NCBI GenBank assembly: GCA_964628195.1 | Contig: CAZVPF010000002.1 | Span: forward strand, 100,078-164,077 | Direction: 5' to 3' | Source of the DNA: an uncultured Pirellulales bacterium | GTDB lineage: Bacteria > Planctomycetota > Phycisphaerae > Sedimentisphaerales > Anaerohalosphaeraceae | Length of the DNA: 64,000 nucleotides | Part shown: positions 54,937 to 63,663 of the stretch, piece by piece | Numbering within the stretch: the first letter of the stretch is position 1 | Layout of the letters: each line of letters starts with the position of its first letter | The notes under the pieces: generated by a model | What the model was told of the DNA's origin: nothing | The model's input: the letters and a program-made list of their open reading frames with translations, nothing else | Database searches by the model: none | Position numbers and translations under genes: made by a program

Positions 54937-56436
54937 ATGAGTTTGACAATAACTGAAGACAAAACCAACCAGAGACAGGGTATGCTCGTAAAACCCCAAT
55001 GCAGGCTTTCCGACGGGCAGGTAGCCGCCATAGATGAAACTTCGCGAAAACTTCTCGTAGACCCCGGCCTTTTGTGCTATAACAAACGTGCCGCCGAAAT
55101 ATTCAAACAAGCCGGCGCCGAAGTAACACCCGAAGCAGAATACGTCCATGTAAAATTAACCGACGAATTGATCGACAAGGCGCTCGCTTCGGCACCCTCG
55201 ACGGTCGTGCTCGGAGGCAGGGGCGAAGAAAACCGCCTTATACTCGACGCCGACGAACCGCGGGTAAGATTCGGCAGCGGCTCGGAAACCAACGTCTGGC
55301 TCGACGTGAACTTCGACACCGGCAAAGCGGTATTCGACCGTCAGCCCGGTTCGATAGAAAAACTCAAGAAAGCGGCCCATCTTTGCGACAACCTTGAACA
55401 TCTCGACTTCTTCATCCGCTGCGTAAACATCCAGGACCAGGGCGTTACCGCCGAAAACAAGGACGTCAACAAGTTCCTCGCCAGCCTCAACAACATAACT
55501 CGCCACGTTCAGGCCGGCCTTACCGACATCAACGCGCTCGATGACCTTGTAACGCTCGGTAAAATAATCGCAGGCGGCCCGGAAAGTTTCACCGCAGCCC
55601 CGCCGATATCGTTCATAACATGCGTAATAAAAAGCCCGCTCCAGGTCGTGGACGACACCGCCGAGAAACTTATCGAAATAAGCAAACGCGGCCTGCCCGT
55701 GGTTATTTCAAGCTGTCCGATGGGCGGGGCGACCGGACCCTTCGACGAGTTCGGCATGGTCGCGCTAATAAACGCAGAGCTGCTCGCCGGCGTCATCCTG
55801 ACCCAGCTGGTCAACCCCGGCACACCAGTAATCTACGGCGCTGTGCCCGTAAGAACCCGCCTCGACAACCTGAACGACATGTACGGAGCCCCGGAGTTCG
55901 TTCACTACAACGTTGACTGCGCACAGATGGCACGACATTACCACCTACCTTGCTACTCAACTTCAGGTGTCGCCGACACCAGCACCCCGGGCATACAGTC
56001 AACCGTCGAAAAGCTTATGACTTACTTAACAGTGCCCCGCGCTGGCGCACAATACATTCACTACGCATTCGGACTGCTCGAAAGAACAAATGTCTTCTGT
56101 CCCGAACAGGCCATAATGGACAACGCTCACATCGGCATCGCCAAGCGAATAATGGCAGAGCCCGACATTGACGAAAACAGCAGTGAGAATCTCATCAACA
56201 TGGTTAAAGACGTCATGGACTCCGACCACAAAACGTTCATATACAACCTGCCCATACCAACACGCGACGACGTTTACACATATTATCCGCTCGAGGACAA
56301 GGAAAACGGGGCGCTGTTCGCGGCACATAAAAAATACAAAGAACTGCTCGACCAGCCGCGAAACACACTTGACGACTCGACACTCGAAGAGATAAAGAAT
56401 AACGTCCCCAACATACTGGATGATACTGTTAAATAA
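54937..56436 (+). CDS. MttB-superfamily (non-pyrrolysine) methyltransferase, paralog 2
   Basis: About 500 aa, with blocks collinear to paralog 1 (..FGSGSETNVWL.., ..IKSPLQVVDDTAE.., ..VVISSCPMGGATGPFDEFG..) and no in-frame stop. ATG 54937 is preceded by ACGGAG. Confidence 0.8.
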   Translation: MSLTITEDKTNQRQGMLVKPQCRLSDGQVAAIDETSRKLLVDPGLLCYNKRAAEIFKQAGAEVTPEAEYVHVKLTDELIDKALASAPSTVVLGGRGEENRLILDADEPRVRFGSGSETNVWLDVNFDTGKAVFDRQPGSIEKLKKAAHLCDNLEHLDFFIRCVNIQDQGVTAENKDVNKFLASLNNITRHVQAGLTDINALDDLVTLGKIIAGGPESFTAAPPISFITCVIKSPLQVVDDTAEKLIEISKRGLPVVISSCPMGGATGPFDEFGMVALINAELLAGVILTQLVNPGTPVIYGAVPVRTRLDNLNDMYGAPEFVHYNVDCAQMARHYHLPCYSTSGVADTSTPGIQSTVEKLMTYLTVPRAGAQYIHYAFGLLERTNVFCPEQAIMDNAHIGIAKRIMAEPDIDENSSENLINMVKDVMDSDHKTFIYNLPIPTRDDVYTYYPLEDKENGALFAAHKKYKELLDQPRNTLDDSTLEEIKNNVPNILDDTVK

Positions 56437-56455
56437 ATAAAGAACGGAGCAAGCA

Positions 56456-57748
56456 ATGTCAGAACAACTATCGAATGACAAAACACAGCAGGCCTACGCC
56501 GAAGCCGTCAGCAGCGGACTCTATGCAAAAAAAAGCGGCCTGATCGGAAAATACGATAACGTCCGTAAGTACTGGGAAGACGAAATAACCCGTCACCATA
56601 TTTACCCGAACCTGAAAAAACTCATCCAGCGATGCCAGACAGAACCGCGCAGGCTTCGTATTATGGACCTCGGATGCGGAAGTGCCGACGGCCTTGAAAT
56701 GCTCATGGGCATCCGGGACCGCGATGCCGACCTGAGACAGGACGAAGTAGAGCTGCTCGGCTCCGACCTTCTGGGCCATTACAAAGGCGTGGATATAAGC
56801 GATGAACTTCTCGCCCAGGGCAGCGGTATATACGGCCACAACCCCAAGATAACCTTCCAGAACGCCGACTTCACAAAGGGACTGCCCCTCGAAAAAGACG
56901 AAGACCCCTACGACCTTTACTTCACCTCGTACGGTTCCTCGTCGCATCATAACAACCTCAAGACGCTCGTCAAGCTCCTCGCCGATATCGCCAAACGTAC
57001 GAAAGCATACTCGATCATCGTTTGCGACTGGCTTGGCAGGTATTCATACGAATGGCAGAGCCTCTGGACAAACGACCTCTCAAAAAACTGCAACATGGAT
57101 TACGTTGTTTCATATATATACGACAAGGAAGAACGCGAGCAGAAACGCGACGAACTCCAGCATATCCGCCTTAGGTTGATGTGCAGGCAGGAAGCCGAGA
57201 ATGTCATAAAAAAAGCAAGCGAAGAAGCCGGTATCAAAATTAACCCCGTAGACTTCTTCGACCGCTCAATCTTCACCGGCAGGCACATGGACACCGGGGA
57301 GTACAACATCCACGCCCAGCCGATCCGTTATGCGGTTAACTCCCTGCACGAACCCAACACGCGAACCGACCTTGGAACACTGATACTTGACTATGTTCCC
57401 AAAAAAGGCTTTGACACGCTGAACAAACATTTCGACTACCTCCAGTGCTGCTGGAACGCCCTCGTTCGTTACACAGAATCGCTTATCCATGCTTATGACG
57501 AAAAGCAGGGACGCTTCACTTCGGACCTGCCGCAAATTTCCGGTTCATACCCCCAGCACCTGCGTATCATGCTCGAACGAATGAAAATGGTCGTCGAAGG
57601 TGTCGGCTGGCTCAAGACAGGCCTGCCCCGTGAAAACATAATCGAACCGCAGCTCGCTTATTCGCTGCGTTACCTGATTATCAACCTCCAGCAGGGCCTC
57701 GGTTGCGCACACGGTTTCGGCGCGGTGCTCGAAGTGGACAAAACCTGA
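56456..57748 (+). CDS. class I SAM-dependent methyltransferase with large uncharacterised C-terminal region
   Basis: Motif I RIMDLGCGSADGLEML, then YKGVDISDELL and YDLYFTSYGSSSHH. I recognised no motif in residues ~230-430. Confidence 0.7.
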   Translation: MSEQLSNDKTQQAYAEAVSSGLYAKKSGLIGKYDNVRKYWEDEITRHHIYPNLKKLIQRCQTEPRRLRIMDLGCGSADGLEMLMGIRDRDADLRQDEVELLGSDLLGHYKGVDISDELLAQGSGIYGHNPKITFQNADFTKGLPLEKDEDPYDLYFTSYGSSSHHNNLKTLVKLLADIAKRTKAYSIIVCDWLGRYSYEWQSLWTNDLSKNCNMDYVVSYIYDKEEREQKRDELQHIRLRLMCRQEAENVIKKASEEAGIKINPVDFFDRSIFTGRHMDTGEYNIHAQPIRYAVNSLHEPNTRTDLGTLILDYVPKKGFDTLNKHFDYLQCCWNALVRYTESLIHAYDEKQGRFTSDLPQISGSYPQHLRIMLERMKMVVEGVGWLKTGLPRENIIEPQLAYSLRYLIINLQQGLGCAHGFGAVLEVDKT

Positions 57749-57757
57749 CCGGTCAAA

Positions 57758-58714
57758 ATGATTAAGTTTGAGAACGTTTCAAAAAAGTTCCCCGGCGGCG
57801 TTACCGCTGTCGACGACCTCACCCTCGAAGTCAAACAGGGCGAAACCCTCGTTCTGCTCGGAACAAGCGGAAGCGGAAAAACCACCACCATGAAAATGGT
57901 CAACCGCCTTATAGAGCCTACTTCCGGCACTATCCTGATCGACGGAAGCGACATAATGTCTCAAAACGTTATCGAACTGCGAAGGAGCATCGGCTATGCT
58001 ATCCAGCACATAGGCCTGTTCCCGCACATGACCGTCGCCGAGAACATCGCCGTTGTGCCCGCCTTGTTAAGCTGGACCGACAGCAAAATTTCACAAACAA
58101 TAGACGAGCTTCTCAACATGGTCGGTCTCGAACCAGAAAGTTTCCGCGACCGTTTCCCCACACAGCTCAGCGGCGGACAGAAACAGCGGATCGGCGTCGC
58201 CCGCGCACTCGCTGCCGACCCGCCCATCGTGCTGATGGACGAACCGTTCGGAGCCCTGGACCCGATAACCCGCGAGCAGCTTCAGGATGAATTTCTCGAA
58301 CTCGAATCCGAAATAAAAAAGACCATTATTTTCGTAACGCACGACATATTCGAAGCCGTCAAAATGGGCGACCGTGTCGCGCTGCTCGACGAAGGCAAAA
58401 TCCAGCAGCTTGACGAACCGGCCAAACTGGTCGACAACCCCGCAAACGAATTTGTCGAAAACTTCCTCGGACAAAGCAGGTTCCAGCTTTACCTGATGAC
58501 AAAAAGCATCCGGCCGATAGTAACTTCTTCAGATAGGCAAATGGTGCACGAAAAGAACACAAATCACCTTCACATAAAAAACAATTACATTCAGGCTCTT
58601 GATATGTTCAAACGCTCTTCAACTGAACAGCTTGCTGTTTTTGACGGACAGAAATTCGCCGGACTGCTTGAAAAGAAAAAACTGTTCGCCGCAATGTCGG
58701 AGATAATCAGCTAA
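57758..58714 (+). CDS. ABC transporter ATP-binding protein, OpuCA/ProV-like (quaternary-amine uptake type)
   Basis: Walker A GTSGSGKTT, signature LSGGQKQR, Walker B IVLMDEPFGALD and a short C-terminal CBS-like tail. Confidence 0.85.
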   Translation: MIKFENVSKKFPGGVTAVDDLTLEVKQGETLVLLGTSGSGKTTTMKMVNRLIEPTSGTILIDGSDIMSQNVIELRRSIGYAIQHIGLFPHMTVAENIAVVPALLSWTDSKISQTIDELLNMVGLEPESFRDRFPTQLSGGQKQRIGVARALAADPPIVLMDEPFGALDPITREQLQDEFLELESEIKKTIIFVTHDIFEAVKMGDRVALLDEGKIQQLDEPAKLVDNPANEFVENFLGQSRFQLYLMTKSIRPIVTSSDRQMVHEKNTNHLHIKNNYIQALDMFKRSSTEQLAVFDGQKFAGLLEKKKLFAAMSEIIS

Positions 58715-58726
58715 AAGAAAAAGAAA

Positions 58727-59386
58727 ATGGAACCTTTAAAAACATTTTACGAAAAACTCGGACCGGAAATATTCGCCAGGGCAAACGAACACTTATACCT
58801 CGTCTTCCTGTCGATAACCGCCGCTATTGCGATTGCTCTGCCACTCGGCATCTGTCTCGCCAAAAGCAGGTTCAAAACTTTCGTCTCGGTCGTCATGGGC
58901 TTTGCCGGCGTCATCCAGACCATCCCGAGCCTCGCACTTATCTCTTTCATCGTCGTAATATTCGCACTCGTCGCACTTCCAACTATCGGCGTTGTTCCCG
59001 CAATAGTCGCCCTTGTTCTCTACGCCTTGCTGCCGATTCTCCGCAACACCTACACCGGCATCAGGCAGGTTGACCCCTCCGTCATAGAAGTCGCCCGCGG
59101 AATGGGAATGAAATCCCGTCAGATACTCATGCAGATCGAACTTCCCCTTTCGCTTCCATTCATAATGGCCGGCATCCGCATCGCCGCCGTATGGACAATC
59201 GGCGTGGCGACCCTGTGCGGCCTTATCGGGGCAGGCGGGCTCGGCGACCTGATCATCAAAGGCCTGAGAAGCATCCAGCTTGACTATCTCCTCGCAGGAA
59301 CTATCCCAGCTGCGCTGCTTGCAGTCGCTTTCGACTGGCTGCTCTCAATGATTGAAAAATGGCTCACACCGGAAGGATTGAAATAA
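58727..59386 (+). CDS. ABC transporter permease, OpuCB/OpuBB-like
   Basis: 219 aa with 5-6 TM helices and an EAA-like loop, IEVARGMGMKSRQILMQIELPLSLP. Confidence 0.85.
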   Translation: MEPLKTFYEKLGPEIFARANEHLYLVFLSITAAIAIALPLGICLAKSRFKTFVSVVMGFAGVIQTIPSLALISFIVVIFALVALPTIGVVPAIVALVLYALLPILRNTYTGIRQVDPSVIEVARGMGMKSRQILMQIELPLSLPFIMAGIRIAAVWTIGVATLCGLIGAGGLGDLIIKGLRSIQLDYLLAGTIPAALLAVAFDWLLSMIEKWLTPEGLK

Positions 59387-59392
59387 CCGACC

Positions 59393-60346
59393 ATGAAAAG
59401 GATCAAGACAAAACACAAGGTTATGATAATCCTCACCGCTGTGGTCCTTATCTGCGCCGCCCTCATAACCTCGAGGATAGAAACAAAAACCAGCCGTCTA
59501 ACCGTCGCTTTCGGCGCCGAGTTCCTCACCAGGCCCGACGGCTACCAGGGCCTTGCAGAACATTACAACTTCCGCTTCGCCTCCGAACCTAAACAGATGA
59601 TGGACGGGCTTTTATACAAGGCCCTTGCAACCGGCTCCATAGATGTTATTAACGCCTTCTCAACCGACGGGCGAATACCGGCATATGATCTCGTCTGCCT
59701 CAAAGACGACAAGAACTTCTTCCCGCCATATTACGCAGCTCCTCTCGTAAGGCAAAGCACACTCGAAAAATATCCTGAGATCGAACAGGCCCTCAACCTG
59801 CTCGCCGGAAAGATAAACAACAAAACAATGCAGCAGCTTAACTTCCACGCCGACGAAAAAGGCATAAAGGCAAAGGACATCGCCGCCGATTTCCTTACCA
59901 AAAACGGGCTGGTTGACTCCGCTAATAAAAACTCAAGCACAACCGACGGCAGCATAACAGTCGCAAGCAAGGAATTCACCGAACAGGAAATACTCGGCGA
60001 GATACTCGTCCAGTTGCTCCGGGCAAAAACAGGCCTTGAGGTAAAAAAGAAGCTCAACCTCGGCGGTACTATTATATGCTTTAACGCACTCAAGGCAGGC
60101 GACATAGACCTCTACCCCGAATACACCGGCACCGGTCTTGTCAACATACTCAAAAAAGATGTTGTCAGCGACCCCGACAGCGTAATGAAAATAGTAAAAC
60201 AGCAATTCAAAAAGAAATACGAGCTGGTATGGCTCGAACCTTTCGGCTTCAACAACACCTACACGCTTACAATGCGAAACCGAACCGCCGAAAGACTCGA
60301 ACTCCAAACCATATCCGACCTCGCTGACTATGTTAATAATAAGTAA
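59393..60346 (+). CDS. glycine betaine/choline/carnitine-type (OpuCC/YehZ-like) substrate-binding protein, apparently circularly permuted
   Basis: Family hallmarks are present: STDGRIPAYDLVCLKDDKNFFPPYYAAPLVR and SKEFTEQEILGEILVQLL...GDIDLYPEYTGTG. Their order is swapped relative to what I recall for the family. An N-terminal TM/signal anchor is present. Confidence 0.8.
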   Translation: MKRIKTKHKVMIILTAVVLICAALITSRIETKTSRLTVAFGAEFLTRPDGYQGLAEHYNFRFASEPKQMMDGLLYKALATGSIDVINAFSTDGRIPAYDLVCLKDDKNFFPPYYAAPLVRQSTLEKYPEIEQALNLLAGKINNKTMQQLNFHADEKGIKAKDIAADFLTKNGLVDSANKNSSTTDGSITVASKEFTEQEILGEILVQLLRAKTGLEVKKKLNLGGTIICFNALKAGDIDLYPEYTGTGLVNILKKDVVSDPDSVMKIVKQQFKKKYELVWLEPFGFNNTYTLTMRNRTAERLELQTISDLADYVNNK

Positions 60347-60363
60347 ATGAAAAGGAAACCACC

Positions 60364-61863
60364 ATGTGCGGTATCGCGGGAATCTGGGGAAAACAAAACG
60401 AAGATATAGTCAAGGAAATGATGAGCAGAATGGTCCACCGCGGCCCCGACGCCAAAGGCATGTTCACCAGCCGGCACGGCTGTCTCGGCCACCGAAGGCT
60501 CTCGATCATGGACCCCACGGGCGGCGACCAGCCGATATACTCAGCAGACAACAGCCGCGCCATCATCGCAAACGGCGAAATATACAACTACCCGACCCTT
60601 CGCGAGGACCTCAAGAACAAGCACAAGTTCAAAACATCCAACGACAGCGAATCGGCCCTGCATCTTTACGACGACCTCGCCCACAATGCCGCCGAGCAGC
60701 TTGACGGAATGTTCGCTTTCGCAATATCCGACGGCGAAAACATCTATGCCGCCAGAGACGCTATAGGCATAAAACCCCTCTACTACGGAAAAAAAGACGG
60801 GGCGCTTATATTCGCCTCGGAGCTCAAAGCCCTCAGCGGCCTGGCAGAGGATGTAAAAGAATTCCCCCCCGGCACATGGTATCACTCGAAGCTCGGCTTC
60901 AACTCTTTCTACGTCGTCCCGCGCCACCAGCAGGGAAAATACAGCATCGAAGAAAGCTGCAAAATGATCCGCCAGAAACTCGAAAACGCCGTTCTCAAAC
61001 GTCTCATGAGTGACGTCCCCGTAGGTGCCTTCCTTTCAGGCGGTCTCGACAGCAGCCTCATCTGCGCACTTGCCCGCCGCCACTTAAAAGAGCTGCACAC
61101 ATTCTCCGTTGGCGTCGAAGGAAGTCGCGACATCCAAGCCGCCCGAATGGTCTCCAGGCACATCGACTCGATACACCATGAATACCTTTTCACCCAGCAG
61201 GAAGTAATAGACAAGCTGCCCGAAATAGTCTACTGGCTCGAATCATTCGACCAGGACCTCGTGCGAAGCGGAATACCATGCTATTTCACATCCCGCCTGG
61301 CTTCGCAGCACGTTAAAGTCATCCTCACAGGCGAAGGCGCAGACGAGCTGTTCGCCGGCTACACCTATTACAAGGACATCGACGACAATGACGACCTGCA
61401 CGACGAGCTCCGAAGAAGTGTCTGCTCACTGCATAATATCAACCTCCAGCGCGTGGACCGCCTGACAATGGCTCACTCAATCGAAGGTCGCGTCCCGTTC
61501 CTCGACACCGACCTGATAGACCTCGCCCAGAAGATACCCGCCGAATACAAACTCTACGACGACGGCAGCGGCGAGCCGGTCGAAAAGTGGATACTCAGAA
61601 AGGCATGCGACGACCTGCTCCCCCATGAAATAGTATGGCGCGACAAGGAACAGTTCGACGAAGGAAGCGGAACAGTTGATTTTATCTCACAAGGCGTTAA
61701 AGAAATAATCAAACAGAAAGAAGCCGCCGGTTATATAAAAGACAACAACGACAAAAATCTTCGCTCCACGGAAGAAGCCGCCTATTACAAACTTCTCGAT
61801 GAAGCATATTCCGGCTCCCAGGTCGTTCTCGGCAATGTCGCCCGCTGGGCCGACCGTCCCTGA
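60364..61863 (+). CDS. asnB: asparagine synthase (glutamine-hydrolysing)
   Basis: MCGIAGIWG N-terminal nucleophile, canonical PP-loop AFLSGGLDSS, and a 499-aa length. Confidence 0.9.
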   Translation: MCGIAGIWGKQNEDIVKEMMSRMVHRGPDAKGMFTSRHGCLGHRRLSIMDPTGGDQPIYSADNSRAIIANGEIYNYPTLREDLKNKHKFKTSNDSESALHLYDDLAHNAAEQLDGMFAFAISDGENIYAARDAIGIKPLYYGKKDGALIFASELKALSGLAEDVKEFPPGTWYHSKLGFNSFYVVPRHQQGKYSIEESCKMIRQKLENAVLKRLMSDVPVGAFLSGGLDSSLICALARRHLKELHTFSVGVEGSRDIQAARMVSRHIDSIHHEYLFTQQEVIDKLPEIVYWLESFDQDLVRSGIPCYFTSRLASQHVKVILTGEGADELFAGYTYYKDIDDNDDLHDELRRSVCSLHNINLQRVDRLTMAHSIEGRVPFLDTDLIDLAQKIPAEYKLYDDGSGEPVEKWILRKACDDLLPHEIVWRDKEQFDEGSGTVDFISQGVKEIIKQKEAAGYIKDNNDKNLRSTEEAAYYKLLDEAYSGSQVVLGNVARWADRP

Positions 61864-62098
61864 TTTCACAAATATATGCCTTTCTCAGAAAAACAGGCCG
61901 AATTTACCGCATTTTACCCATAAAACTATGGGAAAATATCTGTTTGCCGATTGCGTTAAAATAAGTTAATGTATTTTGAGTTTTTATCTCGGTTAAGGTA
62001 AAATACAATAAACAATCGGCTTTGCACAGCCGGGCGGTAATAAAACCGCTTGAATGCAAAGACATTTTCTTAGATGCTTTAACTTTGAAAGGCGTAAA

Positions 62099-63247
62099 AT
62101 GGAAGTTTCTTTCGATGTTCACAATAAAGTTTACCCCTCCGGTGATGGAGTTCTTCTGAGCATAACAGATATGCTCGGTTATTTCGAACGGCAGGGGGCC
62201 ATGAGGGTCTCCGATCTCCATATCAAAATAGGCGCCCAGCCCGCCTACCGCGTGGACGGCGACCTCGTTAAGATGAAAGGCGATATTGTAACAAAAGATA
62301 TGGCCGAAAAGCTGATCTACCCCCTCATAGGCCCCAGGATGCTCGAAAGGTTCGACTCGGATACAAGCGTTGACTGTTCCTATAAGCAGGGGACCATGCA
62401 GTTTCGCATAAATGTATTTCGTGAAAACGACGGAGTGGCAGCCGCGATAAGGGCGCTCGGAATAGAAATACCCGAACCGGAAAAGTTAGGCTTTCCAAAC
62501 GACATATGGAAAGACATTATCCGCAGAAACCACGGCCTTGTGCTTTTTACAGGCATAACCGGGGCAGGCAAGAGCACAACAATTTCCTCGCTCATCGAGC
62601 GGATAAACCAGAACAGGGCATCGCGGGTCATAACACTCGAGGACCCGATTGAGTATATCTTCAAACAGAAAAACTGTATGATATCTCAGCGCGAAGTCGG
62701 CAGGGACGTTCCCTCCTTCGCTTCGGGACTCCGCTCGATGATGCGGGAGGACCCGGACGTCATATTTGTCGGGGAAATGCGAGATGCAGAGACAGTATCC
62801 CTTGCCCTTACCGCCGCCGAAACGGGGCACCTTGTCTTCTCTACCCTGCATACCCGAAATGCGGTAGGCACGATAACGCGAATACTCGACTTTTTCCCGA
62901 CAGGCAAGCAGGACGAGGTTCGCAACCAGCTCTCGCTCGGGCTTGGTTACGTTATCAGCCAGAAACTTGTCCCCGCCAAGAACAAGCTCGGACGGATTGT
63001 GGCGATGGAGGTTCTCAACAACAACTACGCCGTCGCAAACCTTATCAGGACTGGCAAGACAGAGCAGATTTACACCCAGCTTCAGACAAAAACCAGGAAC
63101 GTGCCCGACGAAAAGATGGTCACGCTTGAGTCCCACCTGGCAAGGCTTGTAAAGACAGGCAAGGTCGAACTGCTGGCTGCTCAGAAATGGGCTAACGATT
63201 ATAAGAGCTTTATCGATGCAATGAACGCAGATGTCGAGGTCAGCTGA
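62099..63247 (+). CDS. pilT: type IV pilus retraction ATPase PilT/PilU family
   Basis: SDLHI, Walker A GITGAGKST, Asp box VITLEDPIEY, Walker B DVIFVGEMRD, His box TGHLVFSTLHT and a PilT-like AVANLIRTGK. I chose ATG 62099; the ORF-track start is 62054. Confidence 0.88.
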   Translation: MEVSFDVHNKVYPSGDGVLLSITDMLGYFERQGAMRVSDLHIKIGAQPAYRVDGDLVKMKGDIVTKDMAEKLIYPLIGPRMLERFDSDTSVDCSYKQGTMQFRINVFRENDGVAAAIRALGIEIPEPEKLGFPNDIWKDIIRRNHGLVLFTGITGAGKSTTISSLIERINQNRASRVITLEDPIEYIFKQKNCMISQREVGRDVPSFASGLRSMMREDPDVIFVGEMRDAETVSLALTAAETGHLVFSTLHTRNAVGTITRILDFFPTGKQDEVRNQLSLGLGYVISQKLVPAKNKLGRIVAMEVLNNNYAVANLIRTGKTEQIYTQLQTKTRNVPDEKMVTLESHLARLVKTGKVELLAAQKWANDYKSFIDAMNADVEVS

Positions 63248-63306
63248 CAGATAAGTAAAATTGTCCATAGTGTCCATATATTCTTTATAGTTTTTTTTTA
63301 ATATAT

Positions 63307-63355
63307 AATCGAAACCAGTTCGATTATTCATCTGTTTATGTAAAAAAATAAACAG
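63307..63355 (+). terminator. two tandem AT-rich stem-loops downstream of pilT (weak terminator candidates)
   Basis: Hairpin 1: AATCGAA-ACCAG-TTCGATT (63307-63325). Hairpin 2: CTGTTTAT-GTAAAAAA-ATAAACAG (63332-63355). Neither has a canonical trailing U-run. Confidence 0.25.
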
Positions 63356-63663
63356 ACTGTTGTTTAAAACACCGCAATTTCAATAAAAAAGGTGCTTTTT
63401 ATTATTATTTTACTTCGTTCCCTTGACACTTTTCGCAAAATTGATAAAATTATAATGTGGATGTGTGGAATGAAGTGTATCTTCATTTGTTTCCTTATCT
63501 CCAGATAAATCCTTAAATGTTTTTTTTAGGGTTTCAAATGGATAAACTGAAATTAATCGTGCGGGGGATTTCTTATCAGTCTCTTTTTATCTTTTCATTT
63601 ATGTATTTTGTGCCCTTGACGGCGGTTTTTAAATCTTAGTTTGACCACAGCGAGGTGAGAAAT

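Noticed and set aside
53421-56436. Pyrrolysine (in-frame UAG) recoding in the MttB homologues
   Set aside because: Both ORFs are uninterrupted over the full family length of about 490-500 aa. No in-frame amber codon is needed to obtain a full-length protein.
62486-63331. 281-aa minus-strand ORF overlapping pilT
   Set aside because: It is a shadow of the pilT coding frame. pilT carries the full Walker A, Asp box, Walker B and His box motifs, while the antisense product has no recognisable features.
63423-63456. Consensus-looking TTGACA ... TATAAT promoter upstream of the response regulator
   Set aside because: The spacer between TTGACA (63423-63428) and TATAAT (63451-63456) is 22 nt, too long for a sigma70-type promoter. 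The alternative -10 (GATAAA) gives only 14 nt.
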